Assembly: GCA_965225855.1 (NCBI GenBank)
Contig: CBDDCK010000005.1
Span: 320,001 to 384,000 of the forward strand
From: Spirochaetia bacterium
GTDB lineage: Bacteria > Spirochaetota > Spirochaetia > SP-2023
DNA length: 64,000 bases
Reading direction: 5' to 3'
The notes beneath the pieces were generated by a model. The model saw only the letters and a program-made list of their open reading frames with translations. It was not told the origin of the DNA and made no database searches. Both the position numbers and the translations under genes were made by a program. How positions within the stretch are numbered: position 1 is the first letter of the stretch; each line of letters begins with the position of its first letter. Positions 11,292 through 21,487 of this stretch are shown here, in pieces.

Positions 11292-13394
11292 TTACTTACT
11301 AACGAATATACTAGTGGTTAGGTCTTCTGCGCTACCACCTGCAAATCCTGCTGCTGCTTCCAGGTTGTATGCACCATTAGCATCACGAAGACCTTCCTTA
11401 ACCAGTATTGCATTAGCTTCCGCTTTTACACTACCGCTTAAAGTAATCCTTAAGAATGTTGCACGTGCACTAGAACCTGTGGCTTTATTTTCACCTGCGG
11501 TTGCGTGCCGGGGTAATGTGTATTTCTTCTTACCATCACCGGATACAATCGTCAATTTGCTAAAGTCCCAGCCTGCAACTGCTGTCGGTAACCTGTTACC
11601 ATAAATATTTAACTTGCCAGTATTAGGAAAGTAGTATGAGAGGTCGATCTGGCTTACGTAGCCACTAACGGTAATAGGGTTGCTTGTGTCTGCTGCGCTA
11701 CCACCTGAAAATCCTGCTGCTGCTTCCAGGTTGTATGCACCAGCATTATCACTTTTACCATCGTTAACCAGTATCTTCTCGGCTTCCGCTTTTACACTAC
11801 CGCTTAAAGTAATCGTTAAGCTGTTTCTACTTGCACCAGAACCTGTGGCTGTGTTTGCACCTATTGCGTGCCGGGGTAATGTGTATCTCTTACTACCATC
11901 ACCGGATACAAGCGTCAATTTGCTAAAGTCCCAACCTGCAACTGTTTCCGGTAAACCGCCACCATTAATATATAACACACCTGTGTTAACATTGTAGTAT
12001 AAGTCTTTGATAAAACCTACATACCCACTAACGGTAATAGGGTTATTGCTTGTGTCTTCTGCCCTACCACCTGCAAATCCTGCTGCTGCTTCCAGGTTGT
12101 ATGCACCAGCATCATCACTTTCACCATCGTTAACCAGTATCTTCTCGGCTTCCGCTTTTACACTACCGATTAAAGTAATCTTTAAGAATGTTGCACTTGC
12201 ATTAGAACCTACGGCTCTGTTTATACCGGTTAGGTTGTGCCGTGGTAATGTGTATCTCTTACTACCATCACCAGATACAAGCGTCAATTTGCTAAAGTCC
12301 CAGCTATTCACTGCTTTTGGTAAATTAGTACCTGTAATCTCTAAGAAGCTTAAAGTAACATCATAGGTTGCACTGGTAATTGCGGGTGGGTTTCCACTAA
12401 CGGCCAAGGCTTTGGCTGTATCTAAACCCGCCCAAGCACCAGTGCTAGTAAGCAACCCATCTTTTAGACCATTGCTATCCATACCGTCCTTGCCATTCAG
12501 AGTAGTTTTATGTTGATCGGTAAGGTAAAGCCAAAGCGCTGTGCCATCGCTTTTAATACGGTACTTACCTTTTGCAAGACTGCGACTATCTGGCCCAGTG
12601 GCTGTGCCATCTGCAGTATAAGAATTTAAGGCTAGGCCATCTACAGTGATAGTTTGGATTTGCGCTTGTTGCGCACTAGCTAAGTGAGTACCTTGTAAAG
12701 TTAACAGCGCCGTGCCAACATGGTAGGTTGCACGGGTAATTGTGGCTTTAGGCGAATCCTCTTCGACTTGTTCGACTTGTTCGTCTTTAGGTTGCTTAGG
12801 CGACTCTTCTTCAGCTTGTTCGACTTGTTTGTCTTTAGGTTGCTTAGGCGATTGATCATCGACTTCTTCGGTTTGTTCGGCTTCGGGTAACTTAGGCGAC
12901 TCTTCTTCGGCTTCGGTCTTAGACTGCTTATCGGGTATATACTTAAAGACCAAGTCTCTAGGTGTATTTAAACCCGCCCAAGCACCAGAGCCAACGCTAA
13001 GCAACCCTTTTTTTAGACCATTGCTATCCACCTTGCCATTCAGAGTAGCTTTATGTCGATCGGTAAGTCTAAGCCAAAGCGCTGTGCCATCGCCTTTAAT
13101 ACGGTACTTACCTTGTTCAAGACCGTTACTATCTTCACCAGTGGCTGGGTCATCTGCAGTATAGGAACTTAAGGCTACGCCATATACTTTGATAGTTTTG
13201 ATTTGCGCTTCTGTAGGACTTAAGTTAGAACCTTGTATGGTTAACAGAGCCGTGCCAACATCGTAGATGGCGTTATTGATAGTCGGCTTAGACGGCCCAG
13301 AAGACGGCGCATCGTCATCGGGTGGGGTGCAGGCCAAGGCCATAAAGGCCAGTAGCAGTGCTACAGGCAATAAAAATAGTTTGAGCTTATACAT
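11292..13394 (-). CDS. Modular Ig-like repeat surface lipoprotein (paralog 1; architecture A-acidic linker-A-B-B-B)
   Basis: RBS GGAGG then MYKLKLFLLPVALLLAFMALA|C lipobox. Five ~120-aa beta-rich repeats (type A: Y.VGTALLT.QG..QI.TI.V.G.AL..GKYRIK.DGT; type B: TG.L.I.G..LP..V..WDFSKL..YNLEAAAGF). Confidence 0.85.
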   Translation of the reverse strand: MYKLKLFLLPVALLLAFMALACTPPDDDAPSSGPSKPTINNAIYDVGTALLTIQGSNLSPTEAQIKTIKVYGVALSSYTADDPATGEDSNGLEQGKYRIKGDGTALWLRLTDRHKATLNGKVDSNGLKKGLLSVGSGAWAGLNTPRDLVFKYIPDKQSKTEAEEESPKLPEAEQTEEVDDQSPKQPKDKQVEQAEEESPKQPKDEQVEQVEEDSPKATITRATYHVGTALLTLQGTHLASAQQAQIQTITVDGLALNSYTADGTATGPDSRSLAKGKYRIKSDGTALWLYLTDQHKTTLNGKDGMDSNGLKDGLLTSTGAWAGLDTAKALAVSGNPPAITSATYDVTLSFLEITGTNLPKAVNSWDFSKLTLVSGDGSKRYTLPRHNLTGINRAVGSNASATFLKITLIGSVKAEAEKILVNDGESDDAGAYNLEAAAGFAGGRAEDTSNNPITVSGYVGFIKDLYYNVNTGVLYINGGGLPETVAGWDFSKLTLVSGDGSKRYTLPRHAIGANTATGSGASRNSLTITLSGSVKAEAEKILVNDGKSDNAGAYNLEAAAGFSGGSAADTSNPITVSGYVSQIDLSYYFPNTGKLNIYGNRLPTAVAGWDFSKLTIVSGDGKKKYTLPRHATAGENKATGSSARATFLRITLSGSVKAEANAILVKEGLRDANGAYNLEAAAGFAGGSAEDLTTSIFVSK
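12745..12925 (-). repeat. In-frame 48-bp (16-aa) acidic linker repeats ESPKQPKD(K/E)QVEQ(A/V)EE
   Basis: Three to four degenerate copies visible in DNA and protein. A near-identical linker is present at 59180-59355. Confidence 0.85.
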
Positions 13395-13457
13395 AAGCAA
13401 TACCTCCAACAATGGATAAAGATTGGCCAACCCATACGGGCTAGTCTGTAAATCCCC

Positions 13458-13483
13458 ATTTTGCTAGGGGGGTGTTGCGTCAA
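13458..13483 (-). promoter_or_regulatory. Putative promoter of lipoprotein 1 with a C6 tract in the spacer
   Basis: Minus strand reads TTGACG-caacaCCCCCCtag-CAAAAT (14-nt spacer), preceded by phased A-tracts. Confidence 0.5.
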
Positions 13484-14247
13484 GGCCTATACAAGCTTTT
13501 TGCAAACTTTTTTTGTGCTTTTGTGTGTTAGTGTTTTTTAGTGTTGTAAGGTGGTTAAAAATCCATGCCAATCCATTTGCATTCCATACTATCGTAATCT
13601 ATAAACCATCAAAGCAACCAATCCATAGTTATAGACGCAACAAGTCGATAACTATGGGCCGACCTAGTCCATAATTGTTACTTTTCAAAAGTACATAATT
13701 AGGGCATGGTTTGGTTTTTGTTGTGAAGGCTTGGGGGGTGGGTTGTTGGTTAGGGGGCTATTGTTGCTTTTAATTATTTATCTGCTGTGGAGACCATATA
13801 AAAAGGTGTCGGGCAAGACTCAATAATTCTAATTTCTATAGAAATTAGATAAAACCAAAAAAGACGCAACAATTTATATCCCATATTGTTAAAAATTCTG
13901 CGTTAAAATCCTTTAAAGTTTTGACATCAATAAGAGCGCATTTTCAGCTCTATTTTATTTTTCTGTATTGTCGTTAGTTCCATTGTTCTAAAAGCCATGA
14001 AGTTTGCAATTTTTATAATTTATCCACAACAAAATAAAAATCATTACAAATATTTTGGCTAAAAAGCCTTGACCTGTCGGCCAAGGCTTTGAGATATGAA
14101 TCACTTTGGGAGGGGAACAATGAACTTCAAATCTCCATATCATTATCGTCTTTGGATTTAAAAAATTTATACATTTTTTCATGTTTTTTCATATCTATCA
14201 ATAAACGAAATAGATTGCTTCTTTTCGATTCTTTTATTCTTTTTTGG

Positions 14248-14276
14248 TTGACGGTTACAGGAAAATTTTCTAAGAT
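14248..14276 (+). promoter_or_regulatory. Sigma70 promoter of the ABC operon
   Basis: TTGACG-17 nt-TAAGAT, about 80 nt upstream of the ATG (RBS AGGAG). Confidence 0.65.
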
Positions 14277-14353
14277 ACGACTCCCATTAGCAGCTCAATT
14301 TTAACTTTGTTAAGGGTGGCATTAATTTGATTTTTTATTAGGAGCACTGCAAT

Positions 14354-15625
14354 ATGAAATATTTCATGAAAAATTTCTTTGTAATTTTTATTTTCACTAT
14401 TCTACTAGGCGTTTCTTGCAAACCAGATCAAAAAAAGCTTTCACAGTTGATTTTTTTAGAAACTTTAACTAGTCCTGCTAGAACCAAACTTTTCCAATCC
14501 ATTATCGATGAATTTCAAGAGCAAAGAGCAGACGTTAGCATTGAATTGATCTCTCCTCCTTATGAACAAGCAGATAATAAATTGACGTTGATGCTCAATT
14601 CTGAGCAGCCGTTAGACATCGTCGAAGTTCGGGATCACACCTTAAAGCAGTTTGTCAACAATAATAAGTTAAAAGACCTTTCTTCCTATTTTGCTTCTTG
14701 GGGTGCTGAAGATAGTTTATTACCTTTAGCCAATACGGCAGCCAAAACAGTCAATAATACTCCATACCTCATTCCTGAATTCTTTTTTATTAAAGCTCTG
14801 TTTGTTCGTTCAGATATTCTTAACGATTTGGGATACAGTGAATTACCTACAACTATGGCAGAAATGTATCGCATTGCTGCAGAAATTACCAACCCTGCTG
14901 CCAATCAATATGGGTTTGGCTTCCGAGGTAAAGGGAACTCATTTAAAATTTCAGATACGATGATCTTTTCCGATTTGGATAATATTAGCCCAGATAATAT
15001 TTATATGACTGTCGATGGCGAATCTGTCTTCACCCAGCCAGAAATGAAGGAAGCGTTGCAAGCGTATGTCGACCTTTATAAAAATGCAGTTCCAAGTGAT
15101 GGTATTAACTGGGGTTTTAACGAACAGGTAAACGCTTTTATTTCTGGTACAACACCATTTTTAATTCAAGACCCTGATACAGTTGCTTTAGTGAATGAAC
15201 AGTTAGGTGAAGAAAATTATACAGTAATTCCTTTGCCTGTAGGGAAAAGTGGTAAAGCATATCTTGACTATGGCTTTGCCGGTTTAGGCATACCCAGTTA
15301 TTCAGAAAATGCAGATACAGCTTGGGATTTTATTGCCTACTTTAGTAGCCCAGAAAAAAATGCGCAATTTTGTAAAGCTTATGGCCCATTGCCAATTAAT
15401 AAAGCTAGCTATACCAATGATCCATATTTTAGCTCTGGGATTTACAGAGCTTGGGAAGCAACCATGAACGATTCGCCAGTACATGCTTTTGTTAAGTACC
15501 CGCTGGATTCTTCTAAATATCCAGGGTGGCCTCAGATTCAAGAACAGTATATGCAATCCCTTTTGTTAGATAAAATTACCGTTGATGAAGCTCTAGCAAA
15601 ATGGGCTGAATACTGGCAAGATTAA
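14354..15625 (+). CDS. Carbohydrate ABC transporter substrate-binding lipoprotein (CUT1)
   Basis: Lipobox LGVS|C. SBP_bac_1-like features (KLTLMLNSEQPLDIVEV, LFVRSDIL..LG..PTT, AWDFIAYF). Confidence 0.9.
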   Translation: MKYFMKNFFVIFIFTILLGVSCKPDQKKLSQLIFLETLTSPARTKLFQSIIDEFQEQRADVSIELISPPYEQADNKLTLMLNSEQPLDIVEVRDHTLKQFVNNNKLKDLSSYFASWGAEDSLLPLANTAAKTVNNTPYLIPEFFFIKALFVRSDILNDLGYSELPTTMAEMYRIAAEITNPAANQYGFGFRGKGNSFKISDTMIFSDLDNISPDNIYMTVDGESVFTQPEMKEALQAYVDLYKNAVPSDGINWGFNEQVNAFISGTTPFLIQDPDTVALVNEQLGEENYTVIPLPVGKSGKAYLDYGFAGLGIPSYSENADTAWDFIAYFSSPEKNAQFCKAYGPLPINKASYTNDPYFSSGIYRAWEATMNDSPVHAFVKYPLDSSKYPGWPQIQEQYMQSLLLDKITVDEALAKWAEYWQD

Positions 15626-15646
15626 TTTGCAATTTTCATTTCATTG

Positions 15647-15677
15647 TGCAGCCTCTAATTTATTTTTGGGGGCTGCA
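15647..15677 (+). promoter_or_regulatory. Intercistronic stem-loop after the SBP gene
   Basis: tgcagcctctaa...ttgggggctgca hairpin, typical of differential mRNA stability in ABC operons. Confidence 0.55.
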
Positions 15678-15703
15678 TCTTTTGTTTGATAAATCATTTG
15701 GTT

Positions 15704-16588
15704 ATGTTTTCAGAAAAATCAATTTATCGACTGATGCTTTTGCCGGTTTTGCTAGTTTTATCCATATTTGTATACCTACCTACAATACGTGGCCTAGTAA
15801 TGGCTTTCCAAAATTATCAACTCTTTGATCTTTCCGATCAAAGTTTTAATGGACTAGCCAATTTTTCTGCGATTGTGTTTGACAAAAATATTCGCTTCTT
15901 ACGGATTTTACTCAATACTTTGTTATGGGTTGTTGGCTCTTTGGTTTTGCAATTGATTTTAGGTTTTACTTTGGCTCTGCTCATGAAGCAGCCTTTTAGG
16001 GGACGGGGCCTTTATGCTGGATTTGTATTTTATTCCTGGGCCCTTTCGGGTTTTGCAATTGGCTTAATTTGGGCTTGGTTATTTAACGGTCAATTCGGCT
16101 TGATCAATGATTTGCTTACTAAAGTGGGCTTTATCAATGTGCCGGTTTCTTTTTTGTCCACCCCCAAACTGGCTATGGTTTCGGTAATTATTGCCAATAT
16201 CTGGTACGGTATTCCCTTTTTTGGAATTATGTTGTTGGCAGCTTTACAGTCAGTGCCCAAAGAACTTTATGAGTCCGCAACGATTGATGGCTGTAGTAAA
16301 TTAAACCAATTGTTTTTGATTTCAATTCCCTATATACAACCTACTATTATTAGCACGGTTTTACTAAGAACTATGTGGGTGGTTAATTTCCCCGATATTA
16401 TTTATGCAATGACGAATGGAGGGCCAGCCAATAGTACGAATATTCTGGCTACTCAAATGATTAACAAAGTTTTTAAAGAGTACAACTACGGCCAAGGTGC
16501 AGCTATTTCTTTTATGATCATTTTTCTGCTGTTTTTCTATGCAATTTTCTACTTAAAGATAAACTCAAAAAATGAAGAGACTTTATGA
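15704..16588 (+). CDS. Carbohydrate ABC transporter permease (MalF-like)
   Basis: TM helices, EAA loop LQSVPKELYESATIDG, MTNGGPANST. Confidence 0.92.
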   Translation: MFSEKSIYRLMLLPVLLVLSIFVYLPTIRGLVMAFQNYQLFDLSDQSFNGLANFSAIVFDKNIRFLRILLNTLLWVVGSLVLQLILGFTLALLMKQPFRGRGLYAGFVFYSWALSGFAIGLIWAWLFNGQFGLINDLLTKVGFINVPVSFLSTPKLAMVSVIIANIWYGIPFFGIMLLAALQSVPKELYESATIDGCSKLNQLFLISIPYIQPTIISTVLLRTMWVVNFPDIIYAMTNGGPANSTNILATQMINKVFKEYNYGQGAAISFMIIFLLFFYAIFYLKINSKNEETL

Positions 16589-17418
16589 AAACATCAAAAG
16601 TTCAAGAATATTTGCGTTACTTCTTTTTGTTTGTATTTCTTTTGATTTCTATTCTCCCTCTTTACTGGATTCTTATAACAAGTTTTAAAGGCCCTAAAGA
16701 AATATATACTTGGCCATTGCAATATTGGCCAAGCGAATTTAGCCTAAAAAGTTATGAAAAATTATTTTCTTTCTCCAACTTCAGCAGATATTTTCGCAAC
16801 TCACTTTCTATTGCGTTCTATTCTTCTTTGATTGCAATGGCTATTTCTATTTCTGGGGGCTTTGCCCTTTCACGCTACAAATCTTTAAAAACGAAAAAAA
16901 GCTTGTTGCTCGCTTTGTACTTTACACAAACGATACCAACTTTTATTTTAATGGTGCCTCTTTTTACGGCTTTATCGGCAATGAAATTGGCCAATAATCT
17001 TTCTGTTTTGGGTTTGGTTTATGTTGCAACTGTTATTGCATTTTCGACCATTATGGCAAAAAGTTTTTTTGATCGGATACCTTCGAGTCTCGAAGAAGCT
17101 GCTATGATAGATGGTTGTTCTACTATACAATCCCTAATTTATGTTATTCTCCCTGTAACATTGCCGGGAATGTTTGCTCTGTTTAGCTTTGCTTTTATCA
17201 ACATTTGGAATGAGTTATTCTTAGCCGTAATTCTCATTTCATCGGATAAATATATAACTGTTCCCGTTGCTTTAAATTCCTTCATATCAAAAGCGGGTGT
17301 TAGCTGGGACGTGATGAGTTCGGGAATCGTTATCGCATTATTACCGACAATGCTTGTATTTGGTATTGGGCAAAAATATATTGTTTTGGGTTTAGTCGAA
17401 GGCGGAGTAAAAGGTTAA
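16585..17418 (+). CDS. Carbohydrate ABC transporter permease (MalG-like)
   Basis: IPSSLEEAAMIDG, FINIWNELF, terminal GLVEGGVKG. ATGA overlap with the upstream gene. Confidence 0.92.
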   Translation: MKTSKVQEYLRYFFLFVFLLISILPLYWILITSFKGPKEIYTWPLQYWPSEFSLKSYEKLFSFSNFSRYFRNSLSIAFYSSLIAMAISISGGFALSRYKSLKTKKSLLLALYFTQTIPTFILMVPLFTALSAMKLANNLSVLGLVYVATVIAFSTIMAKSFFDRIPSSLEEAAMIDGCSTIQSLIYVILPVTLPGMFALFSFAFINIWNELFLAVILISSDKYITVPVALNSFISKAGVSWDVMSSGIVIALLPTMLVFGIGQKYIVLGLVEGGVKG

Positions 17419-17426
17419 ATAATTTT

Positions 17427-18596
17427 ATGGCAGAAAAATACACAACGGAAATTCTCCATCACATGAATGAGGAGCAGCTCCCCCTCAATGCCATTAGTCC
17501 GCCAATTTTCCAAACTTCAATTTTTCAACATTCTTCGTATGATGCTTTGGTGGCTGCCTTCGCCGATGAGGAAAAATCGTTATTATATACGCGGGGCAAT
17601 AACCCTACTGTCAATCTTGTGGAACAAAAAATTGCAGCCCTAGAACATGGCGAAAAAGCTAAGCTGGTTGCATCAGGGGTTGCTGCTATTTCACAAGCTA
17701 TTCTGGCATTTGTTCAGTCGGGCGACCATATTATTGCGGTGGAAGATTGTTATCCCCCGACACGCCATTTAATTGAAATTTATTTGAAACGTTTTGGGGT
17801 TTCGTCAAGTTTTGTTGAAGGTACAAAGTTAGAAGATTTTGAAAATGCTTTACAATCAAACACTCGTTTAATTCTTTTAGAAAGCCCTACAACTGTAACT
17901 TTTAAACTGCAAAATCTAAAGGAAGTAGCAGCCTTTGCCCAGCAGCACAAAATCAAAACGATTATCGACAATTCTTGGGCAACGCCGATATTCCAAAATC
18001 CCATTAAGTTTGGTATAGATTTGGTGGTTCATTCTGCTTCAAAATATTTGGGAGGCAATTCTGATATTGTTGGTGGCGTGATTATTGGCAACAAAGAAGA
18101 CTTAAGCCATATTTTCAAAAATGAATTTTTGATTACGGGCCCCGTTCCCGACCCATTCCAAGCGTGGCTAATTTTGCGCAACATGCGCACTCTTCATATC
18201 AAAATGCCCGTACATTTTCAAAATACTTTAGCGATCACAGAATATTTATCGACTCATGATAAAGTTGAAAATATTATTTATCCTTTCAGACCTGATTTTC
18301 CTCAACATAATTTAGCTCAAGAGCAAATGCGGGGTGGGGTCGGATTGTTTTCTTTTCGGCTTAAAACGCGTGAAATTGGCCATGTTAGAAATTTTATCAA
18401 TGCTTTATCATTTTTTAAAATTGCCATTAGTTGGGGTGGCTATGAAAGTTTAATTTTTCCTCTTGCAGCAAAATGGCAAGATGTTTTACAAATTCCCAAC
18501 GAACAAATTTCTTTGATTCGATGTCATGTGGGTATAGAAGAAGTTGGATTATTAATAGATGATTTAGACCAAGCGTTAGCGAAAATTAAAAGTTAA
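17427..18596 (+). CDS. PLP-dependent Cys/Met metabolism (trans-sulfuration family) lyase
   Basis: PPIFQTS, YTRGNNPT, ASGVAAI, LESP, IDNSWATP, HSASKYLGG (PLP Lys), SWGGYESL. Confidence 0.9.
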   Translation: MAEKYTTEILHHMNEEQLPLNAISPPIFQTSIFQHSSYDALVAAFADEEKSLLYTRGNNPTVNLVEQKIAALEHGEKAKLVASGVAAISQAILAFVQSGDHIIAVEDCYPPTRHLIEIYLKRFGVSSSFVEGTKLEDFENALQSNTRLILLESPTTVTFKLQNLKEVAAFAQQHKIKTIIDNSWATPIFQNPIKFGIDLVVHSASKYLGGNSDIVGGVIIGNKEDLSHIFKNEFLITGPVPDPFQAWLILRNMRTLHIKMPVHFQNTLAITEYLSTHDKVENIIYPFRPDFPQHNLAQEQMRGGVGLFSFRLKTREIGHVRNFINALSFFKIAISWGGYESLIFPLAAKWQDVLQIPNEQISLIRCHVGIEEVGLLIDDLDQALAKIKS

Positions 18597-18600
18597 CTAC

Positions 18601-20178
18601 GTGAAAGGAAGAAAAATGAAGAACATAACAAACATAGATTGGAATAGTATTGTTCCGCAGCCACAATCCTTGGAATTGCGGCAGGGCAGTATTCCAATAA
18701 CAAAACTTAGCCTTTTTTCCAAAACCAATCAGGCTAATTATGCGGAATTGCATGGAAAAACTTTTACAGCAGAGGCTCAATTATTTTGCCAGCGACATCC
18801 CGAATTGCAAAATAATCAAGCGCCTAATACCGATCGGATACCAATTCAATTTGCAAAAATATCTGGGCTGAGCGCAGAAGGATACCGCATTACCATAAAT
18901 CCCGAGTCTGTTTTGATAGAAGCTAGTAGTTCGGCAGGTGCTTTTTATGCAACCATGACATTATCCCAATGGTTATGGCAGTACGCAGCTTTGCCGGTAG
19001 CTCAGCTAGCAGACGAGCCTCGTTTTGTTTGGCGTGGCTATATGTTGGATGTTAGCAGGCACTTTTTTTCGGTCAGCTACATAAAAGAATTAATGCAGCA
19101 ACTTGCTAGTTATAAAATAAACCGTTTCCATTTGCATTTAACTGATGATCAAGGTTGGCGGCTGCCCATAGCAAAATATCCGAAACTTACTGAATTTGGT
19201 AGTAAACGATATTCAACTTTTGATCATTTTCACCAACAAGCTCCGGGCGAAATCAGTGAATTTTATAGTGCAGAAGAAATTGCTGAATTGAATCAATTAG
19301 CTGCTCAACTCCATATGGTGATTGTGCCAGAAATAGATTTACCAGGCCATGCCACGGCTGCGCTAGCTTGCTACCCTAAAATGATATGTGCGCCTTTCCA
19401 AAATGATGAATTAAAAGTTTTGCCAATTTTGGGTATTTCGCGCAACGTATTGTGTCTGGGTAAGAAAGAAACTTGGGACTTTGTATATGCTGTATTAGAT
19501 GGAATTATCGAAGTTTTTCCGGGTGAATATATCCATTTGGGTGGCGATGAAGTTATATTTGATCATTGGCAGCAATGCCCAGATTGCCAAAAATTGATTG
19601 AAATAGAGGACTTGAAAGACACCCGCGATTTGCAGAATTTATTTACCCAGCGCAGTCGTAATTACATTCGTTCAAAAGGGAAAATCCCTTTATACTGGGA
19701 TGAAGTGGAAGAAAATGGATTTAGCGAAGGTACTATTTGTTGTTTTTGGCGGAGCTGGCCTGATTCGGTAGATATTAGCAGCTGTTCTTGGGATGTACTT
19801 GCCGCATCAAAAGGGGTGCCTGTTATTTCTTGTCCTGTTACGGGCGCATATTTTGATTATAAACATACTAGCCACCCACACGAATCTGGCAATATTGGCA
19901 TACTTAGCGTTTATAATAGTTATCATTTTCTACCGTTGGCTGATAAAGAGCCAGAGCTGGCCAAATACAATTTGGGCGTTCAAGCCAATTTGTGGACGGA
20001 GAAAATAGATTCTGTCAAAGATATTCAATATATGAGTTTTCCGCGTGTGCTTGCTATGGCTGAACAAGGTTGGAATAAAGGCGGTTGGGAATTGTTCCAA
20101 AATAAATGGCCAATGCAGCAGCAAGTACTTGAAGCCCAGGGGGTTTATTACTACTACCGTGGCCCTTGGAGAGAATAG
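18601..20178 (+). CDS. GH20 beta-N-acetylhexosaminidase, no signal peptide
   Basis: DEPRFVWRGYMLDVSRHFF, HLHLTDDQGWR, PEIDLPGH, HLGGDEV catalytic pair, LGVQANLWTE, FPRVLAMAE. Confidence 0.93.
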   Translation: MKGRKMKNITNIDWNSIVPQPQSLELRQGSIPITKLSLFSKTNQANYAELHGKTFTAEAQLFCQRHPELQNNQAPNTDRIPIQFAKISGLSAEGYRITINPESVLIEASSSAGAFYATMTLSQWLWQYAALPVAQLADEPRFVWRGYMLDVSRHFFSVSYIKELMQQLASYKINRFHLHLTDDQGWRLPIAKYPKLTEFGSKRYSTFDHFHQQAPGEISEFYSAEEIAELNQLAAQLHMVIVPEIDLPGHATAALACYPKMICAPFQNDELKVLPILGISRNVLCLGKKETWDFVYAVLDGIIEVFPGEYIHLGGDEVIFDHWQQCPDCQKLIEIEDLKDTRDLQNLFTQRSRNYIRSKGKIPLYWDEVEENGFSEGTICCFWRSWPDSVDISSCSWDVLAASKGVPVISCPVTGAYFDYKHTSHPHESGNIGILSVYNSYHFLPLADKEPELAKYNLGVQANLWTEKIDSVKDIQYMSFPRVLAMAEQGWNKGGWELFQNKWPMQQQVLEAQGVYYYYRGPWRE

Positions 20179-20330
20179 GGAAGATTGGTAAGTCTAAATA
20201 GGCGGCAGGGTTGTTTGTTCTTTGGGGTTGCTCAAATTCTTATAAGCCGCCCGCCCTGCTTGCCCTGTTATTTAGGTTTTAAAATACAACCGAACTATCA
20301 TTTATTTTTATAGTTGAGGAGCCAAAAAAT

Positions 20331-20636
20331 ATGATAAGTAGCCAGTATATAGCTAGACAGCCTGATGGCAATTTACTCACTTTGTGGCTAAACATTGGTG
20401 TTCCCGAGTTCGATAGCGAATCAAATAATGGGGACTATCGCTGTAAAATAGAAGTGCAGGAATTAGAATTTAGCAGATATTCTTACGGTATTGATACGCT
20501 TCAAGCTCTTTGTATGACGATTCATTGTTTAAAAAACTTTTTTGAACCATTGCTATCTGAAGGCTGGAAATTTTATCATCCTCAAGATTTAGAACATGAT
20601 ATTGCTATTTTGTCTTGTTACTTTCCGCAGATATAG
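20331..20636 (+). CDS. Small hypothetical protein (DUF6968-like)
   Basis: RBS GAGGAG. Pattern IGVP..DYRCKIEV..YSYGIDTLQAL resembles the family. Confidence 0.6.
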   Translation: MISSQYIARQPDGNLLTLWLNIGVPEFDSESNNGDYRCKIEVQELEFSRYSYGIDTLQALCMTIHCLKNFFEPLLSEGWKFYHPQDLEHDIAILSCYFPQI

Positions 20637-20658
20637 CAGAAAGTGCCTACTAACAGTT

Positions 20659-21432
20659 TTAGACATCAGTTTTGATCGATAACGTTGCCAGTAGCGTATG
20701 CGAAGACATATCTTGCCGCCAATTGGCCCAATTGGTAGGCGAAAGGCTAGAATTTTGGCTCCATTCACTACGCATTAGCATACGTTTTACAATGCGTTGC
20801 GGGCTTTGCACTACTGCAAATTGCCCTGCACCCACATAAGCTACAGATTCCCCTGCTGCTAGTTGGGCAGATTCACCCAAAATTTTCAAGACACATTGGA
20901 AATGCGCTGAAGTTTGCTCTGGAACATCATCGGCTTGGGTAAAAAATTCTCCGGTTAAAATCTCCAAAGCTTCTAACAATTCCACATTATCGCTAATGGT
21001 TTGGTTACAAATACCACAAACCAAGTCTTCAGGCTTTTGTGGTAAATTTATCGGGCAATATTCAGGGCGGTAACTTTTGTTGCTAGATTTGTTGCGCAAT
21101 TTATTTTGCACCCTGTCACCAAAAATATCATACAACTCATGATGGTTATTGCCTTTATGATTTCTCCGTCCAGCCTGACCCGTTTGTCTGCGCTGTGATG
21201 GAGAATGCTCTGCGTTCCCATTTCCCTTAGCGACCTTATTGTTGGCCCCATTTGCCGAGCGGTTTTTCTTGCCCCGCTTATGGAACGGTGTTTCACTAGC
21301 AACTTGTGCTGCCACCGTTGCTTTGGGCACATTGTTCTGACTTTTTGGGGAAGCACCACGAAAAACTTTTTGAGGATTTTTAGGGGAAGTTCTTTTATTG
21401 CGCTTATTCTGTTGGGTATGTTCACGATTCAT
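20659..21432 (-). CDS. Hypothetical protein: basic low-complexity N-terminus plus CxxC/HxxC C-terminal domain
   Basis: 257-aa ORF co-oriented with lysS. CGICNQTI..AHFQCVL..VAYVGAGQFAVV suggests a Zn-binding domain. Confidence 0.65.
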   Translation of the reverse strand: MNREHTQQNKRNKRTSPKNPQKVFRGASPKSQNNVPKATVAAQVASETPFHKRGKKNRSANGANNKVAKGNGNAEHSPSQRRQTGQAGRRNHKGNNHHELYDIFGDRVQNKLRNKSSNKSYRPEYCPINLPQKPEDLVCGICNQTISDNVELLEALEILTGEFFTQADDVPEQTSAHFQCVLKILGESAQLAAGESVAYVGAGQFAVVQSPQRIVKRMLMRSEWSQNSSLSPTNWANWRQDMSSHTLLATLSIKTDV

Positions 21433-21487
21433 TGAGAGTCTCTATTTAGTGTAGGAAGTTTAGGCAGGCCAGCAAATGTTTTGTAAT

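Noticed and set aside
11269..12366. Repeated antisense ORFs within the lipoprotein genes (also at 34755-37532 and 58940-60073)
   Set aside because: They mirror the sense-strand repeats and their codon bias; no RBS or independent coding signal
11292..13430. ORF-track TTG starts for the three lipoproteins (13430, 33655, 58680)
   Set aside because: The downstream ATGs (13394, 33763, 58716) follow a GGAGG RBS and give proper signal peptides
13988..14304. Short ORFs upstream of the ABC operon as a possible regulator
   Set aside because: No HTH or other motif recognised; likely intergenic or decayed DNA
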